A stretch of 64,000 bases of DNA from Syntrophales bacterium (GCA_963668175.1 OY764159.1:288001-352000); one strand, 5' to 3'; shown: positions 19,460 through 29,161, counted from the stretch's first letter. Translations and numbers: made by a program. The notes: generated from the sequence alone by a model not told the origin.

Positions 19460-20626
19460 TTGCCCTTGAAATCGATGACGCAGATGCACCCTGAAAAACT
19501 TACTTGGACGGTCTCGGCCGAGGGACAACAGGGCGAGGCATGTACCGTTTTCCTCTCCGGCGATGTCGCTTTGAAAAGTATCCTGCAGATTCACTCCCGT
19601 CTATTGAGAATAACGGAAGATATAAAGCCGCAAAGCATTACCGTGGACCTCTCCGGGGTCCGCTATCTGGACAGCAACGGCGCCTTGATCCTGCTCAAGT
19701 ACCGGGACTCTCTGGAAAAAAGAGCGATACCCACACAATTCGTGCATATGACCGACGACGCCGCCAGGATATTCGGTCTTCTCGATTTCCGACACCTGAA
19801 GGCCGCTGCCGCACCCTATCCCGCAGATCATCCCGGTTTTTTCATCCGCGTCGGCGTTATAGGCAGACGCGCATATGCGGGCTTCGTTCTTTTAATGATA
19901 TTTGTCGGGGAAGTCATCAGCAGTTTGATATACTCCGCCCGGCATCCCCGCTCCATAAGATGGGACGCCGTCTTTTTGTACATGAAAAGGGCAGGCGTCG
20001 ACGGGCTCCCGATCGTCGGATTGATCAGTTTTTTGATCGGGCTGATCATGGCGTTCATGTCTTCACTTCAGTTGAGACAATTCGGAGCCAATATCTACGT
20101 TGCGTCACTCGTGGCGCTCGCCATTGTGAAGGAACTGGGCCCCATCATGACGGCCATCCTTGTCGCCGGCCGGTCCGGTTCTGCCTTCGCAGCAGAAATA
20201 GGCACCATGATGGTCAATGAAGAAGTGGACGCCTTAACGACCATGGGATTTGATTCAACCAGGTTTCTCGTTATCCCCAAGGTGCTGGCCTCTGTCGTTG
20301 TCGTGCCGATGTTGACCGTCTATGCCGATGTCATCGGTGTCCTGGGGGGACTTGTCGTCGGCGTCACGGGCTTGGATTTGACCTTTTCTTCGTATGTCAA
20401 ACAGACGATGTCCAGCATCAAGGTCTTCGATATCGGTTCAAGCCTTGTCAAGTCGGTATGCTTCGCACTACTTATTTCGGGAATCGTATGCCATCGCGGT
20501 TTTCAAGTGAGGGGCGGCGCCGAAGCGGTCGGGGAAGCGGCAACGAGCGCCGTCGTCTCTGCCATTTTCCTGATCATTGTGTGTGATTCCGCTTTTGCGA
20601 TTATGCTCCACTACATAAGGGCTTGA
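19460..20626 (+). CDS. MlaE-family ABC permease with N-terminal STAS domain
   Basis: STAS-like VDLSGVRYLDSNG; ELGPIMTAIL, AGRSGSAFAAEIG and EAVGEAAT motifs. Start uncertain. Confidence 0.9.
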   Translation: MPLKSMTQMHPEKLTWTVSAEGQQGEACTVFLSGDVALKSILQIHSRLLRITEDIKPQSITVDLSGVRYLDSNGALILLKYRDSLEKRAIPTQFVHMTDDAARIFGLLDFRHLKAAAAPYPADHPGFFIRVGVIGRRAYAGFVLLMIFVGEVISSLIYSARHPRSIRWDAVFLYMKRAGVDGLPIVGLISFLIGLIMAFMSSLQLRQFGANIYVASLVALAIVKELGPIMTAILVAGRSGSAFAAEIGTMMVNEEVDALTTMGFDSTRFLVIPKVLASVVVVPMLTVYADVIGVLGGLVVGVTGLDLTFSSYVKQTMSSIKVFDIGSSLVKSVCFALLISGIVCHRGFQVRGGAEAVGEAATSAVVSAIFLIIVCDSAFAIMLHYIRA

Positions 20627-20649
20627 ACAGAATCCAATGGGGTGATTGC

Positions 20650-21423
20650 TTGATCGATTCTCAGCATAAGGCCGTTATCACCGTCGACGGCTTATCCGCT
20701 TCATACGGCGACAAGAAGGTTCTCGACAACGTCAGCTTCAGCGTTTTTCAAGGCGAAATATTCGTCGTCGTTGGCGCCAGCGGCTGCGGGAAATCGACCC
20801 TTTTGAAGTATTTGATCGGCCTTTACCGGCCGAAGACAGGAAAGGTCATCGTCCAGGATTTCGATCTCGGCACAGCCGACGACGAACAGCTCCAGAGGTT
20901 CAAAGCAGGCATCGGCGTTCTTTTCCAGTCCAGCGCACTCATCGGCTCCATGACGCTGGGGGAGAACATCGCTCTGCCCCTGCGTCACCACACGGACCTC
21001 CCTCCGGACATGATCGACATGATCGTCAAGATGAAACTGGAACTGGTCAATCTTTCAGGGTACGAAGATTATCTTCCCTCGGAACTGTCCGGAGGTATGC
21101 GCAAAAGGGCGGGGCTGGCCAGGGCCATGGCCATGGACCCGACGATTCTTTTTTTCGATGAGATGTCGGCGGGACTTGACCCAGTCACCGCCGTGGAATT
21201 GGATATCATGGTGAAGGATATCAACAAGGGCATGGGAACGACCATGGTCGTCGTCACCCATGAACTGGAATCGATTTTTACCATCGCCCATCGGGTGATC
21301 ATGCTTGATACGGAAACACGGGGAATCATCGCCGACGGCGACCCCAAAGAGCTGAAGAAGAATGCGACGGACCTGCGGGTCGTCAACTTTTTTAACCGCC
21401 GGGCTGCCGGTTCGTCGGATTAG
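20650..21423 (+). CDS. MlaF-family ABC ATPase
   Basis: GASGCGKS, LSGGMRKR, FFDEMSAGLDP and VTHE motifs. Start uncertain (20623 or 20650). Confidence 0.92.
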   Translation: MIDSQHKAVITVDGLSASYGDKKVLDNVSFSVFQGEIFVVVGASGCGKSTLLKYLIGLYRPKTGKVIVQDFDLGTADDEQLQRFKAGIGVLFQSSALIGSMTLGENIALPLRHHTDLPPDMIDMIVKMKLELVNLSGYEDYLPSELSGGMRKRAGLARAMAMDPTILFFDEMSAGLDPVTAVELDIMVKDINKGMGTTMVVVTHELESIFTIAHRVIMLDTETRGIIADGDPKELKKNATDLRVVNFFNRRAAGSSD

Positions 21424-21453
21424 CGTTCCATCGTTGGTTACAGGAGGTTGAAA

Positions 21454-22386
21454 GTGGCCAGAGAAAAGACCTCAAAATTCGTCATCGGAATTTTCATAAC
21501 AGGGGCCATCATCATTACCGTGATCGCCGTCATCTGGCTTGGCGCCTCTCACTTTTTCGAAAAGGGCACCCGTTATGTCACCTATTTCGACGAATCCGTG
21601 CAGGGCTTGAATCCCGATTCAACTGTTAAGTATCGCGGCGTCGACATCGGCAGGGTCGAGAAAATCTCGGTGGCTCCGGACAAGAAGCTTGTGGAAGTTG
21701 TCATGAAAATCGATCTCAGTCCGGACAACGCCCGTCAAACTTACGCCCAGCTGAAAACCGCAGGACTGACGGGTATCGTGTTCATCGACCTCGACCGCCA
21801 GGACAGGAAGAACATGATCACCCAGCCTCCCTTGACTTTTGATGCGCCCTATCAGGTGATCTACTCCCGTCCTTCCACGACAACGCAGATTCTGGCCGGC
21901 ATAGACGTCATCCTCTCCAAGACCAAGGACCTCGACCTAAAGGGCATTTCCGACGAGGTCAAGACGGTTCAAAAGGCCCTGGCCGAATTCCTGTCGGGCC
22001 CGAGGACGAAAAGCATCATCGCCAATGTCGACGCCACTGCTCAGCATTTGAACAACACGTCCAGAAATATCGACCGGATCGTCGCCGAAAGCGGGATCGA
22101 TTCGATCCTAGCCGATACCAGGAAGACCGTTGCGGAGATGCGCTTGTTGATGACCACCATAAGGAAAGACGTCGAGGCGTTGCACATTGCCGAGACAGCG
22201 GCCAAGGCCGGGCGCATGGTCGATGGGCTGGATAAAAAAACGAAGGAGATTACGGCCGATATCAAGATAACCGCTGAAAATCTAAAGCAGGCATCGGCCA
22301 ATCTCGACCTTCTGGTTGAGGAGCTTCAGGCCAATCCCTCGGAGATTCTCTTCAGCAAACCGCCGCCACCTAGATCGAAGAGGTGA
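21454..22386 (+). CDS. MCE/MlaD-family protein with helical C-terminal extension
   Basis: N-terminal TM, then ESVQGL...VKYRGVDIGRV and GLTG. GTG start follows an AGGAGG RBS. Confidence 0.9.
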   Translation: MAREKTSKFVIGIFITGAIIITVIAVIWLGASHFFEKGTRYVTYFDESVQGLNPDSTVKYRGVDIGRVEKISVAPDKKLVEVVMKIDLSPDNARQTYAQLKTAGLTGIVFIDLDRQDRKNMITQPPLTFDAPYQVIYSRPSTTTQILAGIDVILSKTKDLDLKGISDEVKTVQKALAEFLSGPRTKSIIANVDATAQHLNNTSRNIDRIVAESGIDSILADTRKTVAEMRLLMTTIRKDVEALHIAETAAKAGRMVDGLDKKTKEITADIKITAENLKQASANLDLLVEELQANPSEILFSKPPPPRSKR

Positions 22387-22389
22387 AAC

Positions 22390-23079
22390 ATGGAATACGG
22401 AAAACGATTTTCAGCCGAACCTACCAAACATATATCGCTCCCTTTCCGAAAACGGAAGAGGGCGGCCCTCATTTGGACGGCGGTCATTCTCCTTCTCCTT
22501 ACGGGTTGCGTCGCCGGCGGAAAAGCTCCCATCGTGATCGACCAGTATATTCTAGAGTATCCGCCCCCCGCGCTTAAGGAAAGCGAACCGGTAGACCAGG
22601 TCGTGTCGGTGGGACGATTTGCCGTCGCCCAGGCCTTCAATACGCCCATGATGGTTTACCGCACGGGACCTTACGAATACTACACGGACTATTACAACCG
22701 CTGGCGGGTCAACCCGGGAGATATGGTGACGGACTATCTTCTGCGCGATCTGAAACGATCAGGCCTGTTTAAGGCCGTTTTCTCTTACAGGGATACAGAA
22801 GATGCGCGTTTTCTCATCCAGGGCAACATTGAAGATTTTCTCGGGAGCAGAGAGGGCGGCAGAAACGAAGCTATCCTGACCGTCTATATCACGATGCTCG
22901 ACACATCGCAAAAAGAGGCCACCAAGAGGGTCGTCTTCCAGAAACGGTATCGGCATGTCCGGATTCTCGATAACGATTCGGCCGTCGGTCTCGCCAAAGG
23001 CATGAGCGAGGCCATGGAAGCCATTTCGAAAGAAGCCTTGAAGGATATTGTCACCTTTGCACGTCAAGTCAAGCCGTAA
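22390..23079 (+). CDS. ABC-type transport auxiliary lipoprotein (PqiC-like)
   Basis: Lipobox LLTGC; YNRWRVNP motif; position after the MCE gene. Confidence 0.82.
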   Translation: MEYGKRFSAEPTKHISLPFRKRKRAALIWTAVILLLLTGCVAGGKAPIVIDQYILEYPPPALKESEPVDQVVSVGRFAVAQAFNTPMMVYRTGPYEYYTDYYNRWRVNPGDMVTDYLLRDLKRSGLFKAVFSYRDTEDARFLIQGNIEDFLGSREGGRNEAILTVYITMLDTSQKEATKRVVFQKRYRHVRILDNDSAVGLAKGMSEAMEAISKEALKDIVTFARQVKP

Positions 23080-23187
23080 AGACATTTCCCGAATCCCGAT
23101 CGTGATCATCGGGCACATCCCCAGGCTGCGACGGCAAAGGAAAAGAACGCACACCGATGGATTTACGGCACAGGTAATTTCTGCATC

Positions 23188-24327
23188 ATGACTTTTTTTC
23201 TCCTGGTATTTATTCTTCTATACGGCAGCCTCCATTATTACTTCTACGCCAAACTGACCCGGGCGATTTCCTTGACTCTGCCGAAGCGTCTCGGCCTCGC
23301 TCTAGTGCTTCTGGTCCTTCTATTTACGCCGATTATCGAACGATCGTTCGTCCGATTGGGCATCGAAACCCCGGCCCGGATTCTGTCATTTATCGGTTAT
23401 GTCTGGATGGGCGTTCTTTTCCTGTTCTTTGTCGCCGCCGTCATTTTCGACATCTATACGATCGCTGCACGCGTCGTCAGTTGCCTGTCCCGAAAAGATA
23501 TCGCCCGTATCGTACCCTCCCCGCGGCTTTCTTTTTTCGCACCCATGCTGCTGGCTGTTGTGATTGCCGGTTACGGGTACACCGAAGCGCAGGATATCAG
23601 AACCGAGTTTCTCACGATCAAAAGCAGCAAGATACCTGTTCACGCAGGCCGGATAAGGATCGTGCAAATTTCCGACGTCCACCTCGGGACCATCGTCAGA
23701 GAGGATCGTTTGCGTAGCATTCTCCATGCCGTGGCTGCAGCCAAACCCGATATCATCGTTTCGACGGGCGATTTGGTGGACGGACAGACCGACGGCCTGT
23801 CCCGATGCCGAATCCTTCTCAAAGACGTCGAAGCCAAATATGGTAAATACGCCATTACGGGCAATCACGAGTTCTACGCCGGCCTGGACTCATTCAACAG
23901 GCTTATGCAGGATACGGGGTTCAAGATCCTGAGAGGAGAAGGTACCGTCGCCGACGGAATGATCAATATCATAGGCATAGACGATCCGGCGGGCGAGCGC
24001 CAGGGGCTTTCCCGCCTGGTTCCGGAGAAGGAACTCCTTTCGCAATTTCCGTCCGGCCATTTTGCATTGCTCCTCAAGCACAAGCCTTTGGTGGACAAAG
24101 ACGCCGACGGGCGTTTCGATTTACAGCTTTCCGGCCACACGCACGGCGGGCAGATTTTTCCGTTCAGAGTTATTACAAGGATGGTCTTCCCCCTCAACCG
24201 GGGTTTATACCGCCTTGGCAGCGGCTCGCGTCTCTATGTCAGCAGGGGCACCGGAACCTGGGGCCCGCCGATCCGATTTCTAGCTCCGCCGGAGATTACC
24301 GTGATCGACCTGGTTCCGGATCACTAG
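23188..24327 (+). CDS. Membrane-anchored metallophosphoesterase (YkuE/YaeI-like)
   Basis: N-terminal TMs; SDVH, TGDLVD, GNHE, SGHTHGGQ and GTWGPPIR motifs. Confidence 0.9.
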   Translation: MTFFLLVFILLYGSLHYYFYAKLTRAISLTLPKRLGLALVLLVLLFTPIIERSFVRLGIETPARILSFIGYVWMGVLFLFFVAAVIFDIYTIAARVVSCLSRKDIARIVPSPRLSFFAPMLLAVVIAGYGYTEAQDIRTEFLTIKSSKIPVHAGRIRIVQISDVHLGTIVREDRLRSILHAVAAAKPDIIVSTGDLVDGQTDGLSRCRILLKDVEAKYGKYAITGNHEFYAGLDSFNRLMQDTGFKILRGEGTVADGMINIIGIDDPAGERQGLSRLVPEKELLSQFPSGHFALLLKHKPLVDKDADGRFDLQLSGHTHGGQIFPFRVITRMVFPLNRGLYRLGSGSRLYVSRGTGTWGPPIRFLAPPEITVIDLVPDH

Positions 24328-24387
24328 ATAAGAAGGCCGGGGAATGTGTGGGAATGACTCTTGGAGCCATCTTTCAGGGGAGGCTGC

Positions 24388-25395
24388 ATGAAGAAAACCA
24401 GACGGTTTTGCCAACATTGCGGAAGTATGATCGTAAGGAAAAGCGAGGAAGGAATCAGCCGCGACTTCTGCCAATCCTGCCGGGTCTACTTCTATGAAAA
24501 CCCTCTCCCGGTTGTTGCTGCGATTCTCGTCGAGGAACGCAATGTTCTCCTCGTCAAGCGGGGCAGGAAACCTTATCGTGGCAAATGGTGTCTTCCTTGC
24601 GGCTTCGCCGAAACAGGCGAGAACATTCACGACGCGACCCTGCGCGAGCTTGAGGAAGAAACGGGCATCCAGGGACGGATCAAGGGCCTGGTAGACGTGC
24701 AATCTCAACGGAACTATTTCTACGGCGATCTCCTCTTCCTAACGTTCGAAGTGGAACAGACCGGCGGCACACTTAAAGCCGGGAGCGATACCGTCGCTGC
24801 AAGTTATCGTTCTCTCGAGCATATACCTCGTCTAGCCTTTCCTGCCAATGAGCAGGCCATACAGACTTATATCCGCAGCAAGCAAGACTATTGGGCCATC
24901 GTCGACTCCTTCAATCTTACGATCGCCGACGGCGAAAGCCGCAACAGTAAGAAAGACTTTCTTTCGGACCAACTGGTGGCCGTCATCGCCGGAAACGCAG
25001 GCGATATTGCCCGCCTTTGGATCCAGGAAGCGACTACGCACCGGTCGACGACGGGTTATCACGATTTCGATCACTCCCGGCTGTACCGGGGTGTTCAGAA
25101 TATCCTTTCCCGATTCAACCAGTGGCTCGGGGGATATTTCGAAGATTCGGATATCGAAGATTTCTTCTCCAGGCTGGGAAAAGGCAGCAGGAAAGAAGGG
25201 TTTGCCTTGAGCGAGGTTTTAAGCGCCTTGAGTCTCGTCAAGAAACATCTCTGGGAGTTTGCCCTCTCGCGGGGGATGTGGCGGAATACGATCGATATTT
25301 ACAAAGCCCTGGAACTGGACCGGAGAATAGTCATCTTCTTCGACAAGGCCGCTTTCCATACGGCCAGGGGCTACGAGAAACATGATGTCCGGTGA
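24388..25395 (+). CDS. Zn-ribbon Nudix hydrolase fused to a C-terminal helical (RsbRD_N-like) domain
   Basis: CQHC and CQSC ribbon; complete Nudix box GFAETGENIHDATLRELEEETG; extra helical C-terminal domain ending FFDKAAFHTARGYE. Confidence 0.85.
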   Translation: MKKTRRFCQHCGSMIVRKSEEGISRDFCQSCRVYFYENPLPVVAAILVEERNVLLVKRGRKPYRGKWCLPCGFAETGENIHDATLRELEEETGIQGRIKGLVDVQSQRNYFYGDLLFLTFEVEQTGGTLKAGSDTVAASYRSLEHIPRLAFPANEQAIQTYIRSKQDYWAIVDSFNLTIADGESRNSKKDFLSDQLVAVIAGNAGDIARLWIQEATTHRSTTGYHDFDHSRLYRGVQNILSRFNQWLGGYFEDSDIEDFFSRLGKGSRKEGFALSEVLSALSLVKKHLWEFALSRGMWRNTIDIYKALELDRRIVIFFDKAAFHTARGYEKHDVR

Positions 25396-25476
25396 CCAAC
25401 ATGTGTCCGTTGTTCTCGTAAAACCGTCATAAGAAAAGGAGACGCCGGCGTCGGGCAGCCAAGGCCGGAAACAGTC

Positions 25477-26490
25477 TCAGACGACTTTTCGCTTTTTCGC
25501 CAGATAGAGTTCGGCGTCGGCTTTCTTGAGGAATTCCGGTGTATCGTCGATCTCGTCGCATGACGCCACTCCGTAGCTGAAGCGAACGGGAACATACGTA
25601 TCTTCGATCTGCAGGGGGTGGGTCTTGAAGTAATGCTTCAGCCTCTCCATGAAGACCCTGGCCTCTGTCGAGGATACGCCCGGAAGGATCAGGACGAATT
25701 CATCGCCGGCGAAACGGGCGATGATATCGCTTTCGCGGCTCAGATCCGTAAACGTCGAAGCCACGTAGACGAGAAGTTCGTCTCCCCGGTCATGGCCGAA
25801 CCGGTCATTGATCGGCTTGAAATCGTCCAGATCCACGAAAACAAGGGCCAGATCGCTCCCGTAACGTTTCGCCCGGGCCAGTTCCCATTTAAGAATCCGC
25901 TCCATCGCGCGCCTGTTGAGAAGGCCCGTGAGAGGATCTTTGAAAGCCAGCGTCTGCAATTCTTCGTGGGCGACAACATTGGAAAGGCAGATCGAGACGA
26001 CCACACCCAGTTGCGCAAGAAAGCTCGGATCGACGCCGGGATTGAACCGTTTCGATGAAGGATCGGCCTGATTGAAACTGCCGATGAGTTCGCCGTCCAG
26101 CGTAATCGGCGTAATGGCGATGGAATTGAAATCGAAAAACCTCTCCCCCGGCAACATGCAATAGACGCGCTCCAGGTTCTTGTTCAGGAGTACCGGTTTC
26201 GTACCGACGCCGACGATCTGGACCAATTCCTCCCGCGAAAGGCGGTTGATCGACTCCTTGCACGCCAGGCGGTGAACCAGGGTTGTGACGCGGCTGGGAT
26301 AAACCAGAGACAGCCAGACATAAGGCACGCCGAATTTCTCTTTGATCGTATTGAGAAGCTTGGTGAAGAAATCGTCAAAATTGAGTGTAGCCAGGACGCT
26401 CGTCTGGATTTCGAAAAACTTTTTGGCGAGTTCGTCGTTCTCTTTCAATCTGGTAACGAGTGTTTTATAATCTTTCAATTCATCGCGCAT
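25477..26490 (-). CDS. GAF/DUF484-like sensor plus diguanylate cyclase (AGDEF variant)
   Basis: DPLTGLLNRR, DLDDFK, I-site RESD, RFAGDEF. Confidence 0.9.
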   Translation of the reverse strand: MRDELKDYKTLVTRLKENDELAKKFFEIQTSVLATLNFDDFFTKLLNTIKEKFGVPYVWLSLVYPSRVTTLVHRLACKESINRLSREELVQIVGVGTKPVLLNKNLERVYCMLPGERFFDFNSIAITPITLDGELIGSFNQADPSSKRFNPGVDPSFLAQLGVVVSICLSNVVAHEELQTLAFKDPLTGLLNRRAMERILKWELARAKRYGSDLALVFVDLDDFKPINDRFGHDRGDELLVYVASTFTDLSRESDIIARFAGDEFVLILPGVSSTEARVFMERLKHYFKTHPLQIEDTYVPVRFSYGVASCDEIDDTPEFLKKADAELYLAKKRKVV

Positions 26491-26531
26491 GTCGATCGCT
26501 TACAACCCAATATTTCATCCTGTATCAATGG

Positions 26532-26560
26532 TTTATAAAGAGATGGGGGCCTCTTGTCAA
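26532..26560 (-). promoter_or_regulatory. Sigma70-type promoter of the GGDEF gene
   Basis: TTGACA, 17 nt, TATAAA on the minus strand. Confidence 0.6.
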
Positions 26561-26628
26561 GCGAGAGCCTTGTGAAAGAGACAGACCATACGTTTTCGCA
26601 ACACGCTTTTCGCACCGCCAGGTGTCTT

Positions 26629-28197
26629 TCAGTCCTCTTTCGGGGGAGGCAACAGAAGCTGACTGTCCTTATCCCTGCTTTCTCCCACCCGTACGACCGC
26701 TACGGCCGGGCTGCCGATCACGGGACATTTGGTTTCACAAATACCGCAGCCGACGCACAAGTCGAGATCGATATGGGGCTGCTTGACGACGACGCGCTTC
26801 CCCTCCCTCGTGGACACCGTAACCGTCTCGAACCAGATGGCCTTCTTCCCCGTGGGACAGACCTCCTCGCAGACGATGCAGGGCGTGCCATGGGCATAGG
26901 GAAGGCAGCGGTTTTTGTCGATCATGGCCAGACCGATCTTGATCTTTTCCTTTTCGGGAATGGTCAGTCGCTTGATGGCTCCCGTAGGGCAAACCTGACC
27001 GCAGAGGGTGCAATGGTATTCGCAATAGCCGATTCTGGGGATCAGGATCGGCGTCCAGAGGCCTTCCAGGCCGGCCTCCAGGAATGCCGGCTGCAGGCCG
27101 TTGGTGATGCAGACCTTCATACATTCCCCGCATTTGACACACCTCCGGAGAAACTCCTTCTCCTGCTGTGCTCCCGGAGGCCTTATCAGGTGCGGTCCGG
27201 CAACGCCCGTTTTGGCCAGGGGCGTAATGTGCAGGAGCGGGACCGCCGCCACGCCAGAGGCCACCGATCCGATGAGGCGCCGTTTACCCAAGTCGACGGA
27301 AGCCGGGGACACCTTTTTCGCAAGCGAAAAGACGACGGCTTTCTTTGGGCATAAATCATCGCAATCCATGCATACCAGACATTCCGCCTTCTTCCACCGG
27401 GTCGGATCTCCGGGGAGCGCACCGCCCTGACAGGCCGCTTCGCAAAGGCCGCAATCGTTGCAGCCTTCGCTCACCGTTCTGTTCACGACGGCATAGCGCG
27501 AACATATGCCCAAGAGCGCCCCCAACGGGCACAAGTACTTGCACCAGAAGCGCCTTTCCCAAAAATTCAAGGCGAGGAGCGCGAAAAAGATGAGACCGGT
27601 GAAAACGCCCTGCAGGTAAAAAGGCTGCTCGAAGGGAAGGAATGCCCTTTTCATGAAACCGTAAAGCCAATCGGAGGCCCCGGATAACACGGGTATATTC
27701 CACCCGTAAAGGACATCAAATGTGTCCTTGATGCCGTAGCTTATAAGCGGATAGACGGACAACGACAGAGAGCGGATCAAGAGAGACAGAGGATCGACGA
27801 CTCCTGTCATGTGGAGAGTGAACAGGGAAGATACAACAAGAAAGATCAAGATAAGATATTTTAACCAATACCAGTTCCTGGGTGCGGCGTCTTTCCTGAT
27901 CCGCATTTTTTTCAATGAACCGACAATGTTGTGGAGTGTGCCGAAGGGGCACACCCACCCGCAGAAAAAGCGGCCGAAAATAACCGTTGCCAGCAGGACA
28001 AGGGCTGCCAGGAACGACAGGTTCTCGAAAGAACGCGTCCCCAAAATGGTTGTTATCGCAATCAGAGGGTCGGCGTCGAGGAAGATCTTGACAGGGTAGC
28101 CAAGTTCGTTTGCTCCCTTGGATTCGGTCTGGAGGAAAAGCCATAGGAAAACGAGGAGAAAAAGCGCCTGCGAGGCTATACGCGTTTTTCTTAACAT
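26629..28197 (-). CDS. Membrane polyferredoxin (NapH/MauN-like fused to NapG/MauM-like)
   Basis: TMs with FCGWVCP and WCKYLCP; several 4Fe-4S Cys motifs; RPPGA..E.EF..RC motif. Confidence 0.88.
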   Translation of the reverse strand: MLRKTRIASQALFLLVFLWLFLQTESKGANELGYPVKIFLDADPLIAITTILGTRSFENLSFLAALVLLATVIFGRFFCGWVCPFGTLHNIVGSLKKMRIRKDAAPRNWYWLKYLILIFLVVSSLFTLHMTGVVDPLSLLIRSLSLSVYPLISYGIKDTFDVLYGWNIPVLSGASDWLYGFMKRAFLPFEQPFYLQGVFTGLIFFALLALNFWERRFWCKYLCPLGALLGICSRYAVVNRTVSEGCNDCGLCEAACQGGALPGDPTRWKKAECLVCMDCDDLCPKKAVVFSLAKKVSPASVDLGKRRLIGSVASGVAAVPLLHITPLAKTGVAGPHLIRPPGAQQEKEFLRRCVKCGECMKVCITNGLQPAFLEAGLEGLWTPILIPRIGYCEYHCTLCGQVCPTGAIKRLTIPEKEKIKIGLAMIDKNRCLPYAHGTPCIVCEEVCPTGKKAIWFETVTVSTREGKRVVVKQPHIDLDLCVGCGICETKCPVIGSPAVAVVRVGESRDKDSQLLLPPPKED

Positions 28198-28204
28198 GAG
28201 CCGC

Positions 28205-29113
28205 TTAGAGGTTGATTCGCTTGATTTTCATTTTGGATACGTTCATGTTGCCTAATCGCCTCTGCTGGCCGACCCTGACGCAACCGAGGGTCCCCTCCTT
28301 CATTCCGAAGAGGGTCGTTCCATAGGCGTCCACGGCTACCTGATCGCGGCCGGCGACTATCGTATCGAGACGTTTGACATCGGGAAGCCACCCGCCCTGG
28401 GGTCCGTTTGCCGTCAGAATCCGGACGGCATCCAGCACGACCAGTGCCGGCTTAAAAAAAACAGCCAGATCGACGAGGCATTCGTCGATATTCTGGTGGA
28501 GCCGGCCCCGTGAACCTCCGATAACGCCCATCCAGTTCTTCATGCCGAGCGTCAGCGTGGAAAGGCTGTGGTGCTTCGCAATAGGGACGTTGATCACCTT
28601 ATCGGCCTCAACGACTTCCGTATAAACGGGCCATGTTTTGAGAATCTGGCCGTTGACCTTCATCTCACGGTATTTGCGGTCATCCATGTAACCGACCTCG
28701 GCGCCGGCCTTGGCCGCCGCATCGGCAATGCCGCTTTGTTTATAGGTCCGGCGGGCATCATTGACGCTGTGATCGAATACTTTTACCTTCTTGGCCCCCG
28801 CTTCCAGGCACAGTCCGATCAGGGCGGCCACCACTTCAGGATTGGTCGTGGCCGCATACTCCGGAGTCCTGTCCCAGCCGATATTCGGTTTGATGACCAC
28901 GACATCGCCCCGGGAGATGAACTTACCGATTCCACCCAGGCCATCGATAGCGGCCCGGACAGTCCGGGTTGGGGCGGGCCCGCGAGCCACGGCAAGGTCC
29001 GAAGGATCGGCGGCATGCAGGATGCCGGCAAGAGGCGAAAGCCCGTCGGGAATCGATAAGGCCGCACCGGTTATCATAGCCGTTTTTAAAAATTCTCTGC
29101 GCTTCATCGTCAT
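28205..29113 (-). CDS. DUF362-family protein with a Tat signal
   Basis: KRREFLK twin-arginine motif; IKPN, TNPEVV, KHH, MKNWMG and GPQGG motifs. Confidence 0.87.
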   Translation of the reverse strand: MTMKRREFLKTAMITGAALSIPDGLSPLAGILHAADPSDLAVARGPAPTRTVRAAIDGLGGIGKFISRGDVVVIKPNIGWDRTPEYAATTNPEVVAALIGLCLEAGAKKVKVFDHSVNDARRTYKQSGIADAAAKAGAEVGYMDDRKYREMKVNGQILKTWPVYTEVVEADKVINVPIAKHHSLSTLTLGMKNWMGVIGGSRGRLHQNIDECLVDLAVFFKPALVVLDAVRILTANGPQGGWLPDVKRLDTIVAGRDQVAVDAYGTTLFGMKEGTLGCVRVGQQRRLGNMNVSKMKIKRINL

Positions 29114-29133
29114 GATCCATCCTTACTTTTGTC

Positions 29134-29161
29134 ATTATAGCGGCCTTCTCTCCAATGTCAA
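29134..29161 (-). promoter_or_regulatory. Consensus sigma70 promoter of the DUF362 operon
   Basis: TTGACA, 16 nt, TATAAT on the minus strand. Confidence 0.7.
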
